Virus record (IMG/VR): IMGVR_UViG_3300020374_000001
From: a virus
Taxonomy: Duplodnaviria > Caudoviricetes
Length of the DNA: 64,000 nucleotides
Direction: 5' to 3' (one strand)
Numbering within the stretch: the first letter of the stretch is position 1; each line of letters begins with the position of its first letter. Of this stretch, positions 55,676-64,000 are shown one piece after another. The position numbers and the translations under genes were made by a program. Under the pieces are notes generated by a model that was not told where the DNA came from, did not search any database, and saw only the letters and a list, made by a program, of their open reading frames with translations.

Positions 55676-57235
55676 ATGGCATTACCAAAAATAGAACCAT
55701 TATCATCTGAATTTGAGGTAACAAAAGATGACTCAAATGCTGTCAAGTTAGAGATAGAGAAACTAGGTCAAGCAATATTTGAAAAAACAAATACTAGTTT
55801 AAAATCTGCTACACAGGCAGTTATAAGTGATGTACCTAGTATGATACAAACACTTACACAAGAGATAGAAAGTGGTCCTATTGATACTTTTGGTAATGCT
55901 ATTAACAAATTAGTTAGATTAACACAAGATTTAGGTATAAACCTATATGACTATAACGAACAATTAGGAAAAACGGTAGATAGATTTATAGGTAAACAAG
56001 AAGATTTAGAAAAAGAATTATCTAGTTTAAGAGAAAAAGGTATTAGAGCAGAAATTAATGAGAGAGGTGACGCTATTAAAATATTGACACAAAAAGAAAT
56101 ACAGGCATATGAAAAAGATAGAAAAGAAAATTTAAAGTCAATAGAGAAAAACAAAGAAGAAATAGAAACTAGAACAGAAATTTTAAATAATTTAAAAGAA
56201 ACAGAAAAAGTAAAAAGAAAAGAAATAGAAAACGAAATTAAGAGTAGAAATAGAAATATAGAAGGTTTAGAAAAAGAAAACGAACAAATAGATAAAAGAA
56301 CTAATACAACGGCAGATACAGGTAGAGATATAGGTGGGTTCAGTAAAATTGCTGAATTGAAAGAGGCATTTATGGTAATACCTGATACTATTGCTGAAGT
56401 TGCTACTGGATTTAAAGACGTAGGTAAATCTATATTTCAAGGTATCGCTGCCTTTATAGGTAACCCAATGAAAGCAATTAGTAAAGCATTTAAGGGTATA
56501 GCAAACTTGTTTAGAACTGCTAGATTAATGATTGCATTAAAAGTATTAGCAGTTATAGCAGCGCTTCAATTTGTTGCAGAAAGAATTGAAATGATAGGTG
56601 ATGTATTTAGGAATATATGGGGAAAAATAACAGATTTCTTTAAGGGTATTATTGACTGGTTTAAAAACTCAAAAATAGGTAAATTATTAGGTTTCGGCAA
56701 AGGTGATGGTGATGAAAAACCTGAAACAAAAGGTTATAACAAGATGTCAGATGATGGTATGTATGGTATAGGTGAAGATGGATCAGAAATAGCAACTACA
56801 AATAAAGTAGATGAATTTTTACCAATGTCAAATGACCCTGCTAATGCACCTGTACTTGATCCTGTTACAAATAAATTTATACAACCTGGTGAGGAAGGTT
56901 ATGAAAAGGCAAGAGCAAATAGATTACAAAATACACAAGATTATGAAACAGACGCACAAAACTTTTTAGCAAGTGGTACAGGCAAAACTATTGATGATAT
57001 GAAAGTTGTATCAGGTAATGTTACAGCAGATGGTGAGTCAACACCTAAACAATTATCTACACTATTGGATGCTCAGAAGGCCGCTGAAAGTGGTAATATC
57101 ATAAATGTACAAAATAATAATCAGATTGCTAATAACACTTCAGGTGGCAGTAATGCAACAATAGGATTTAGTACACACTTACCAGATGAATCTTTTATAA
57201 ATGTTAGAAAAGATAATACTACACAATCAATTTAA
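55676..57235 (+). CDS. Tape-measure / tail length determinant (gp29-like)
   Basis: Coiled coil, amphipathic W/F repeats, N-rich C-terminus; position after gp26/51. Confidence 0.6.
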   Translation: MALPKIEPLSSEFEVTKDDSNAVKLEIEKLGQAIFEKTNTSLKSATQAVISDVPSMIQTLTQEIESGPIDTFGNAINKLVRLTQDLGINLYDYNEQLGKTVDRFIGKQEDLEKELSSLREKGIRAEINERGDAIKILTQKEIQAYEKDRKENLKSIEKNKEEIETRTEILNNLKETEKVKRKEIENEIKSRNRNIEGLEKENEQIDKRTNTTADTGRDIGGFSKIAELKEAFMVIPDTIAEVATGFKDVGKSIFQGIAAFIGNPMKAISKAFKGIANLFRTARLMIALKVLAVIAALQFVAERIEMIGDVFRNIWGKITDFFKGIIDWFKNSKIGKLLGFGKGDGDEKPETKGYNKMSDDGMYGIGEDGSEIATTNKVDEFLPMSNDPANAPVLDPVTNKFIQPGEEGYEKARANRLQNTQDYETDAQNFLASGTGKTIDDMKVVSGNVTADGESTPKQLSTLLDAQKAAESGNIINVQNNNQIANNTSGGSNATIGFSTHLPDESFINVRKDNTTQSI

Positions 57236-57666
57236 AACTTAACACCTAATTCTTTTTCAGTAATTATTTTAAATACAGCACCGTTGTCTTCAGCATATGA
57301 TGTTGCCGCTCTCCACTTTGCCTGATTTTTAATAAATTCAAAACTCTCACGCATATATGATCTAGTTTTCTTTTTAGGTGGTTTAGGACGAGTTATTTGA
57401 CGAGAAGGTTTAATCTCAATCAACATTTTTTTACCTTTGTCTGTTTTGATTATGAAGTCTGGAAAGTATCTATGATATTTCTTGTCAATAGGATTGAAAT
57501 ATCTGATAGGTAATTCTTCACTTGCCCAATTTGTTATGCCAGGATTGTTGTCGCAATAGACCATAAATCTACGCTCTAAAAGTGAACGATAGACTATGTT
57601 ATTTGGGTTGCCAACATATTTTTTAGGATTCGTTGGTTTATATATTCCTTTAAAAGACTTCTTCAT
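57232..57666 (-). CDS. gp4: Head completion nuclease (gp4)
   Basis: NP.KY.G....I.YRS..E, W.SE, RYFPDF, EIKP, N.AKW. Confidence 0.9.
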   Translation of the reverse strand: MKKSFKGIYKPTNPKKYVGNPNNIVYRSLLERRFMVYCDNNPGITNWASEELPIRYFNPIDKKYHRYFPDFIIKTDKGKKMLIEIKPSRQITRPKPPKKKTRSYMRESFEFIKNQAKWRAATSYAEDNGAVFKIITEKELGVKF

Positions 57667-57670
57667 ATCA

Positions 57671-57695
57671 TATAAATAGTTATAACAATATTTAG
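57671..57695. promoter_or_regulatory. Back-to-back late promoters: TATAAATA (+, for gp48) and CTAAATA (-, for gp4)
   Basis: 57671-57678 on +; 57689-57695 on -. Confidence 0.65.
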
Positions 57696-57708
57696 TAAGG
57701 ATATAAAA

Positions 57709-58872
57709 ATGGCTTGGACTTCAAAAGTAGCAAATGTAATCAAAGGCAGAATAGGTAGTGCTATTGCTGGTGCAATAGGTAATAAGATAATGAACTCGTT
57801 TGCTAGTCAAGGGCAGACATCTAAAGTCGCTGCTAAACTATTAAACAAATCACCGTTAGAAATAGGTAACAATTCTCCTACAGCACATATGTTAGAGAAT
57901 CCATATCAATATGGTACGGTATTCTATCCACAAGAAACAAGTAATTTAGGTGATGGTCATTATGTTATATTTGATATATTAGCACATAAGAGATCAAGGT
58001 TTAAAAACAAAACTTTTGATAATGGTGTATTAGCACCAAAAAGAGGCAGTAATTATTTTGAAAATGCAGGAGCAGCTGCTACTCAAGCAAAAAGAATTAG
58101 AAGTATTAAATCCAGAGGCATAGCAATGACGAATAGAGTCAAAGGTGTTAACTCTGGTATATTTTCAAAAGCAGAATCAAATCACACCTACGTAACAGAT
58201 AGTATATTATTGTATATGCCACCTGAAGGTATGAAATTTAGTTATAATGCTGAATATGAGGCATTAGAAACTGGTGTGGCAGGTGATTTTGCACAAGGTT
58301 TAATGGGATTAATAAATGCAGATAACTTTGAAGAGTCTATTAAATCAATAGGTAAAGGTTTATCAGGAGTAACAGAATTAACTAAAATGGCAGGTTTTGG
58401 TGCCTTAGCAATTATACCTGGGTTTGAGAACGCAAGAGGATTGTATGATAAATTTAGAGGTCAGGCAAAGAATCCTAATTTAGAATCAGTATTTAAATCA
58501 GTACCTTTTAGAGAGTTTAATTTTCCTTTTACGTTTGCACCGAAGAACGAAAAAGAAAAAGATAGTGTACACAAGATATTACAATTGTTTAGATTTCATA
58601 TGTTACCACAACATAAGAATGACGCAAATGGTTATTTTGATGTGCCATCAGAATTTCAAATAACTTATATGTATAGAGATAATGAGAACGCATATTTACC
58701 TAAAGTTAGTAGATGTGTATTAAAAAATTGTGAAATAAATTATGCACCTGACAATGTTGTATCAACACTAACACCAGACGAAAGAGGTGCTCCGCCTACT
58801 ATTACAACAATGAACTTGACATTTGGTGAAACAGAAATTATGACAAAAGAAACGGTAGCACAAGGATACTAA
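57709..58872 (+). CDS. gp48: Baseplate tail-tube cap (gp48)
   Basis: LYMP, NP.LE..F...FR.F.F.F...PKN..E, P.EF.I.Y, L.F.E. Confidence 0.8.
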   Translation: MAWTSKVANVIKGRIGSAIAGAIGNKIMNSFASQGQTSKVAAKLLNKSPLEIGNNSPTAHMLENPYQYGTVFYPQETSNLGDGHYVIFDILAHKRSRFKNKTFDNGVLAPKRGSNYFENAGAAATQAKRIRSIKSRGIAMTNRVKGVNSGIFSKAESNHTYVTDSILLYMPPEGMKFSYNAEYEALETGVAGDFAQGLMGLINADNFEESIKSIGKGLSGVTELTKMAGFGALAIIPGFENARGLYDKFRGQAKNPNLESVFKSVPFREFNFPFTFAPKNEKEKDSVHKILQLFRFHMLPQHKNDANGYFDVPSEFQITYMYRDNENAYLPKVSRCVLKNCEINYAPDNVVSTLTPDERGAPPTITTMNLTFGETEIMTKETVAQGY

Positions 58873-58873
58873 T

Positions 58874-59398
58874 ATGTATTTTGACAGATTCCCAAAAGGT
58901 AATTATATATTACCAGGCACACAAACTTATAAGTTAGTATCAGACTTATTCAGACGTGTAAAAATAAGAGATAAAATTAAGAACGAGGCAAGTATCTATA
59001 CAGAATATTTTGTATCAAGTGGTGAAAGACCTGAACATATTGCACAAAAACATTTTGGCAATCCTGAATTACATTGGGTAGTATTAATAACAAATAATAT
59101 AGCGGATGCCTTATATGACTGGCCAATGTCTTTTTCAGCATTTGAAGAATACATCAAAGACAAATACGATAATGCTGAGGCAATACATCATTATGAAAAA
59201 GTACAATCAAGTGGACCTCAAACATCAATTGATTACTCACACTTGATTGAATGTAATAGTACAGACCCTGGTGCTCAGGCAGTATCAAATAGAGAATACG
59301 AACAAAGAATACAAGATAATAAGAGTAGAATTAAGTTATTAGAACCAGCATATTTGCCTGTATTGATAGAAGAATTTGAAAGATTAATGAATGAATAA
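58874..59398 (+). CDS. gp53: Baseplate wedge subunit (gp53)
   Basis: YF..FP, GERPE.IA...G...LHWV.L..N, WP, HHYE, EYE...N...IKLL. Confidence 0.88.
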   Translation: MYFDRFPKGNYILPGTQTYKLVSDLFRRVKIRDKIKNEASIYTEYFVSSGERPEHIAQKHFGNPELHWVVLITNNIADALYDWPMSFSAFEEYIKDKYDNAEAIHHYEKVQSSGPQTSIDYSHLIECNSTDPGAQAVSNREYEQRIQDNKSRIKLLEPAYLPVLIEEFERLMNE

Positions 59399-59400
59399 TT

Positions 59401-60882
59401 ATGTACGATTCAATAGATACAAATAGATTAGATAAGGCAGGAAGATTTGCTTTAGATGATATTGCCTTAATCTCATATCAATCAGCAGACGGTTCAAATC
59501 AAAATCCTAAATCAGTTTCAGTTAGATCGCTAGTAATGGAGATTAACATATATGAGTCTTTAGAAGGACCAGGCATATATGGTAATGTTATTCTCGCAGA
59601 TGGTCAAGCAGTATTAACACACTTACCTTTAACAGGATATGAACAAATAGAATTTAAATTAGCAACGCCAGGGTGCAGTAAGGGATATGATTTCTCTATG
59701 TTAACAGGACACCCTATGCACATATATAAAATTTCAGATAGACAACCTACTACACCTAGCGCACAAGTTTATATGTTGCACTTTTGCAGTAAAGAAATGT
59801 TGAACAATGAAATGACTAGAGTCAATAGAACTTTAACAGGTTCAATAGATCAAATGGTGATTGACATATTCAGAAATGATATAGAAAGTAAAAAGAATTT
59901 AATTGTAGAAGAAACAAAAGGTCTACACAAATTTGTTATGCCTAGAATGAAACCATTTAGGGCAATATCTAAACTATCTAATTGTGCTGAACCATTAAAA
60001 TACAAATCAAGTGGTATGTTATTCTATGAAGACAGCACAGGATATAGATTTAGAAGTATAGAGAATATGTTAGCAATTGCTGGGTCAGCAAGACCTGTGG
60101 TTGCTAAGTTTCAACAGAAACCTCGTAATGTAAAAGGTGGTACAGGTGATACAGATGTTATAAAAGAAATGCAGACCGTGGATGCTTATGCAGTAAAAGA
60201 TCAATACGACACATTAAAGAACTTATCAAACGGTGTATTTGCTAGTAAGATGATAACACACGATACATTTAACAAAACCTTTTCAGAAATCAATTTTGAC
60301 TACAATACATACTTTCCTACTATATTTCACACGGAACACGATGGCAAGGGTGGCCTGGTTGATAATAAGGGTCAATTACCTATATTTAACTACAAAGATA
60401 ATCAAATGATTTCAGACAAACCTGAAGGCACAATGAACTTTGTATCTACAACAGAAAAGATACAAAACGATTATGAAGGACCAGAAGGTGAACGTATCTA
60501 TCCTGCTAGTATGGCACAGAAACTATCATTTAAGAGTCAGGTGTTGTCATTAGATTGTAAAGGTTTCACAGGTCTATCAGTAGGTGATTTATGCAGTTTT
60601 GAAATACCAGCATACGAACCAGCAGGAACAGATAACCCATTGCATATAGACCCATATATGAGTGGCCGTTATGTAGTAAGAAAGATACATCACAAAATTA
60701 GTACAACAAAAGATAACCACATAATGAATTTAGAACTAATTAAAGACGCAGTAAGAGTAGCATATCCAGAAGAAAACCTAGATATACTATCAAAGAAAGA
60801 AAACCAAGATTCGCTTACATATCTACAATACGAACTAGACGATACAATAATAGATATTGCGAGCAATGAGGTAATGGCTTAG
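59401..60882 (+). CDS. Baseplate hub protein (gp27-like)
   Basis: NIYES...G, LPLTG.E, FYE..G..F.S, SGRY.V..I.H; between gp53 and gp5. Confidence 0.6.
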   Translation: MYDSIDTNRLDKAGRFALDDIALISYQSADGSNQNPKSVSVRSLVMEINIYESLEGPGIYGNVILADGQAVLTHLPLTGYEQIEFKLATPGCSKGYDFSMLTGHPMHIYKISDRQPTTPSAQVYMLHFCSKEMLNNEMTRVNRTLTGSIDQMVIDIFRNDIESKKNLIVEETKGLHKFVMPRMKPFRAISKLSNCAEPLKYKSSGMLFYEDSTGYRFRSIENMLAIAGSARPVVAKFQQKPRNVKGGTGDTDVIKEMQTVDAYAVKDQYDTLKNLSNGVFASKMITHDTFNKTFSEINFDYNTYFPTIFHTEHDGKGGLVDNKGQLPIFNYKDNQMISDKPEGTMNFVSTTEKIQNDYEGPEGERIYPASMAQKLSFKSQVLSLDCKGFTGLSVGDLCSFEIPAYEPAGTDNPLHIDPYMSGRYVVRKIHHKISTTKDNHIMNLELIKDAVRVAYPEENLDILSKKENQDSLTYLQYELDDTIIDIASNEVMA

Positions 60883-60977
60883 AGAAGCTAAGAGTCAAAA
60901 TTTTTTTTGACTAAAGACTAGAGCAGGCCATATGCCACAATATGAGAGAAAACAATTAACTGAGCAAAGATAATAAA

Positions 60978-61286
60978 ATGAATATAAAAACGCAGATTAT
61001 AGACACCAGCAAGAGATGTAAAGACAAATTTAATAATATGATAGAAAATACTCTCTATAAGTACGACTGCTATCTGGAGTATAATAAACTACACAACTTC
61101 TACAAGGGGCAGTATGATATAACTAGACAGATCAAAGCTAAAGTCAGTCTAGCGACTGCCTGGATCAATAATAAGTATAGTAATGTTGACTTCTCAAAGG
61201 CCGCTATGGGGCATAGTGATTGTATTATACATAATAGTGAGGTATCAGACGAGTTGCGTAGGAAAGGTAAAAATAGTATTAAATGA
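60978..61286 (+). CDS. Hypothetical protein (doubtful)
   Basis: ORF only; weak RBS and no recognisable motif. Confidence 0.3.
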   Translation: MNIKTQIIDTSKRCKDKFNNMIENTLYKYDCYLEYNKLHNFYKGQYDITRQIKAKVSLATAWINNKYSNVDFSKAAMGHSDCIIHNSEVSDELRRKGKNSIK

Positions 61287-61330
61287 CATATAGCGTTGTC
61301 ATTAAAAATAAACATATATCGGTAAATTAA

Positions 61331-62455
61331 ATGGCATTTCTCGGAATTTCAGAATTTAAATGGTTTGTTGGCGTTGTTGAAGATCGCCACGATCCGCAGA
61401 AACTAGGCAGGCTGCGAGTACGTTGTCTAGGCATACACACAAGCGATAAAACAAAGATTGCCACAGCAGACTTGCCTTGGGCGTCTGTTTCATTGCCGAC
61501 TACAGCAAGTGGTATCTCTGGTCTTGGCCAGTCACCGTCTTTTATTGTAGAAGGTAGTTGGGTGTGGGGATATTTTAGAGATGGTTCAGATTTATTACAA
61601 GAGTTAGTTATCGTAGGCACATTACCTGGCAAACCTAGTGAATTAGGAAAAACGGCCAGCGGCTTTTATGATCCTAACAGCAGACTGGATGCTGATGGCC
61701 AACCGACTGGCGTGTCCATTTATCCAAAACAGGCATCAGAGCCAGATACAAATAGATTAGCAGTTAATGATACTACAAAAGAACACAGCAGTTTAACAAG
61801 TCGTAAGGCGGCCAGACTAGAAAATATACCTACAGCAGACTTTGATGAAATCAGTCCTAATATAACGGCCAGCGATACTGATAACTGGTCTCAACCTAGT
61901 ATTACATACAACGCCGTCTATCCTTACAATCACGTATTTGAATCAGAAAGCGGCCACATAAAAGAGTTTGATGATTCGTTTACCGTTGACAAAGACGGCG
62001 TTAGAACAAATCATTATAGAATACACGAAAGACATAACAGCGGTACTTCATACGAAATAGATATCCACGGCAATAGAATAGACCTCAATACGGCCAGTTA
62101 TTTTAATATAACAAACAAAGATAACAAACATTATATAAAAGGTAATAGTGATGTAACCATAGACGGCCGCCATAAAGTTTATATTAACAAGAGTGGTATT
62201 GCAGATAACAATTACGATATACAAGTAGGGCCAAACGCAAATGTTAATATACAAGTAGATAACGGCAACCTTAATGTAGTAACAAAAACAGGCCAGTTTA
62301 ACTTTGATGTAGGGGCAGACTTTAATTGTAATGTTGCAGGGAATTATAATTTAAATGTACAAGGTAATGAAACAAAGACCGTTGAAGGTACTACTACACA
62401 TAATACGACAGGATCAACAACTATTAGAGGTTCTACAATAGATTTAAATCCTTAG
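61331..62455 (+). CDS. gp5: Baseplate hub / needle protein gp5 (no lysozyme domain)
   Basis: WFVGVVEDR.DP..LGR.RVR OB fold, YPYNHV.ESESGH..E.DD, VxG beta-helix repeats, IDLN end. Confidence 0.9.
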   Translation: MAFLGISEFKWFVGVVEDRHDPQKLGRLRVRCLGIHTSDKTKIATADLPWASVSLPTTASGISGLGQSPSFIVEGSWVWGYFRDGSDLLQELVIVGTLPGKPSELGKTASGFYDPNSRLDADGQPTGVSIYPKQASEPDTNRLAVNDTTKEHSSLTSRKAARLENIPTADFDEISPNITASDTDNWSQPSITYNAVYPYNHVFESESGHIKEFDDSFTVDKDGVRTNHYRIHERHNSGTSYEIDIHGNRIDLNTASYFNITNKDNKHYIKGNSDVTIDGRHKVYINKSGIADNNYDIQVGPNANVNIQVDNGNLNVVTKTGQFNFDVGADFNCNVAGNYNLNVQGNETKTVEGTTTHNTTGSTTIRGSTIDLNP

Positions 62456-62587
62456 AGGATTTTGCTAGAAAGCTCGGGTATTGAAATATGGCCAGCTTTT
62501 TTAATCTATAAATGCAATAACATCCCAGACACATATACTGGCCCTATTTCTTAATTAAATAACTAAAAATTTTTTCGGTTATTTTTA

Positions 62588-62776
62588 TTAACTACCATAG
62601 TCGGATACATAGTCTTTTAAGTCATCAAACTTACTAGATAAATCTACGGTATCCACTTCTATCAAGTCCTCGTTATCACCTAGTGATTCGTTATAATCAT
62701 CTATTAACTTAAACATTTCTGTTTCAGTCTTATCTAATAACGATTTGACTTTATCATCAAGTTTTTCTATATTCAT
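62588..62776 (-). CDS. Small acidic early protein, leaderless
   Basis: MNIEKLDDKVK...; ATG begins 8 nt after the -10 box on the minus strand. Confidence 0.55.
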   Translation of the reverse strand: MNIEKLDDKVKSLLDKTETEMFKLIDDYNESLGDNEDLIEVDTVDLSSKFDDLKDYVSDYGS

Positions 62777-62783
62777 AATATAC

Positions 62784-62812
62784 ATACTATCACATTTTCT
62801 CTTGGTGGTCAA
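62784..62812 (-). promoter_or_regulatory. sigma70-type early promoter on the minus strand
   Basis: GCTTGACC-17-TAGTAT with TGn extension. Confidence 0.7.
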
Positions 62813-62881
62813 GCGTTAATATAGTGAAATTTTTGACACAATTTTTCACTAAATAAAGTAAAGGTTTATAGGGAGGTTCTT

Positions 62882-63097
62882 ATGGGTATGACACCTATAC
62901 AACGATATAGACTTAAACAAAGTCTGGCACGGATTCGTAATAAAAAGCAGTATTTACTAGAAATAAAGAAACAACAGAAAAAACGTAAAAAATTTTTTCG
63001 GAAGTTTAAAAAGATACTACAAGTCGGTTTCTGGTTCTTTCTAGTAAAAGGTGTATTCTGGTTATTAGTGCTTTTTGGCGTTGTGAAAATCCTTTGA
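62882..63097 (+). CDS. Very basic protein with C-terminal TM
   Basis: GGGAGG RBS; ACTAAATA late-promoter variant at 62848. Confidence 0.5.
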   Translation: MGMTPIQRYRLKQSLARIRNKKQYLLEIKKQQKKRKKFFRKFKKILQVGFWFFLVKGVFWLLVLFGVVKIL

Positions 63098-63352
63098 ATT
63101 ATACATAGTGATGTTGGAACGCTCCAAGAAGTGCTCCAAGTACCATAGACCGCAAAAATCGCCGAATCGAAGCAACTTAAAAAAAAAAATCGGAAATTTC
63201 TCTAATAATCTTAAAGAAGTGTAAACTCTAAATAATTTAAGAATACAGCAAAGTAAACACATTTCTAAATGTCTGGCCATTCTTATGGCAATATAGTCTG
63301 TATCTTTTATATTAAAGTTTTGTTAAGTACCCTTTTTCTATGTTAAATATAT

Positions 63353-63370
63353 GTGATAGTTTTATGACTA
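63353..63370 (-). promoter_or_regulatory. Pho-box-like site upstream of pstS
   Basis: Minus strand TAGTCAT-AAAA-CTATCAC, 14/18 identical to CTGTCATAAAACTGTCAT. Confidence 0.4.
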
Positions 63371-63410
63371 TCAATTATTAACTCTCTAAAGTAAAACATA
63401 GGAAACCTAA

Positions 63411-64000
63411 ATGAGAATATTAACAACTATTATATTATTATGTTTGATGACAACTATATCATATGCAAGAGAACAAATTAACATAGTCGGTAGTTCTACC
63501 GTTTATCCTTTTTCAACCGTAGTCGCAGAAAGATTTGGTAAGTCAGGTTTTAAAACACCTATTATTGAATCAACTGGTACTGGTGGTGGAATGAAACTAT
63601 TTTGTAAAGGCATTGGTACAAATACACCAGATATGTCAAATGCAAGTAGAAAGATTAAATCAAAAGAATTAACATTATGCAAGAATAACGGTGTAACTGA
63701 TATTACACAAGTTATTGTTGGATTAGATGGTATTGCTTTTACAAGTTCAGTAAAAGGACAATCATATAATTTTACAAAAGAACAACTATGGCAAGCAATG
63801 TCTGATCTAGGAAGTAAACCTACTAAATGGTCTGATATTGATCCTAGTTTACCAGATTATAAAATAGCAATACTTACACCACCTGCTACAAGTGGTACAA
63901 GGGATGCTTGGAATAGTTTAGTAATGAAAAAAGGATGTCCAGAAAGTATCTTAAAAGAACAAGGCAAAAAAGCGTGTTATCTATTAAGAGAAGATGGACC
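63411..64000 (+). CDS. pstS: Phosphate ABC transporter substrate-binding protein (3'-truncated; not in ORF track)
   Basis: Signal peptide; VGSSTVYPF, ESTGTGGG.K.FC.G, NASRKIK, DGI, PP.TSGTRD. Confidence 0.92.
   Translation, partial: MRILTTIILLCLMTTISYAREQINIVGSSTVYPFSTVVAERFGKSGFKTPIIESTGTGGGMKLFCKGIGTNTPDMSNASRKIKSKELTLCKNNGVTDITQVIVGLDGIAFTSSVKGQSYNFTKEQLWQAMSDLGSKPTKWSDIDPSLPDYKIAILTPPATSGTRDAWNSLVMKKGCPESILKEQGKKACYLLREDG

Noticed and set aside
57232-57666. TnsA-like transposase or mobile element
   Set aside because: Motifs and position beside gp48/gp53 match T4 gp4; no terminal repeats
1279-62254. Most minus-strand and nested ORFs in the track (e.g. 1279-1563, 5062-5541, 46010-46399, 61327-61632)
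   Set aside because: Shadows of well-supported + strand genes, with no motifs or RBS
63312-63326. CtrA-like box TTAA-N7-TTAA
   Set aside because: Expected by chance in such AT-rich DNA, with no supporting context
1-64000. Stop-codon reassignment
   Set aside because: Core genes are full length in the standard code and TAA, TAG and TGA all end genes

Overview
AT-rich 64 kb segment of a lytic T4-like myophage genome, with almost all genes on the + strand. The host is probably an alphaproteobacterium, most likely SAR11/Pelagibacterales. This is inferred from a permuted alpha-type tmRNA, alpha-type LexA boxes, an alpha-like PstS and a curli-like cluster. Gene order: putative internal head/structural genes (1-5.4 kb); a late-promoter block with spanins, secreted proteins and a CsgF-CsgG-curlin-like-FecR-CHASE2/adenylate cyclase operon (7-16.8 kb); primase, nrdAB, a halogenase and a RuvC-like nuclease; a glycosylation island (23.6-32.3 kb); early genes behind many sigma70 promoters (32-52 kb, including RNase H, tmRNA, gp33, gp59, gp32); a tail/baseplate module (gp2, gp54, gp26/gp51, tape measure, gp4, gp48, gp53, hub, gp5); and a truncated pstS. 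Top findings: (1) a phage-encoded trans-envelope cAMP signalling module built on a curli secretion pore, under a late promoter next to lysis genes; (2) a two-piece tmRNA; (3) a probable -1 frameshift fusing gp26 to gp51; (4) LexA boxes upstream of two early promoters; (5) a dense, frame-independent GGCC(AG) cluster in gene 5 suggesting an origin or pac-like cis element. All assignments come from motif recognition by eye; no database searches were run.
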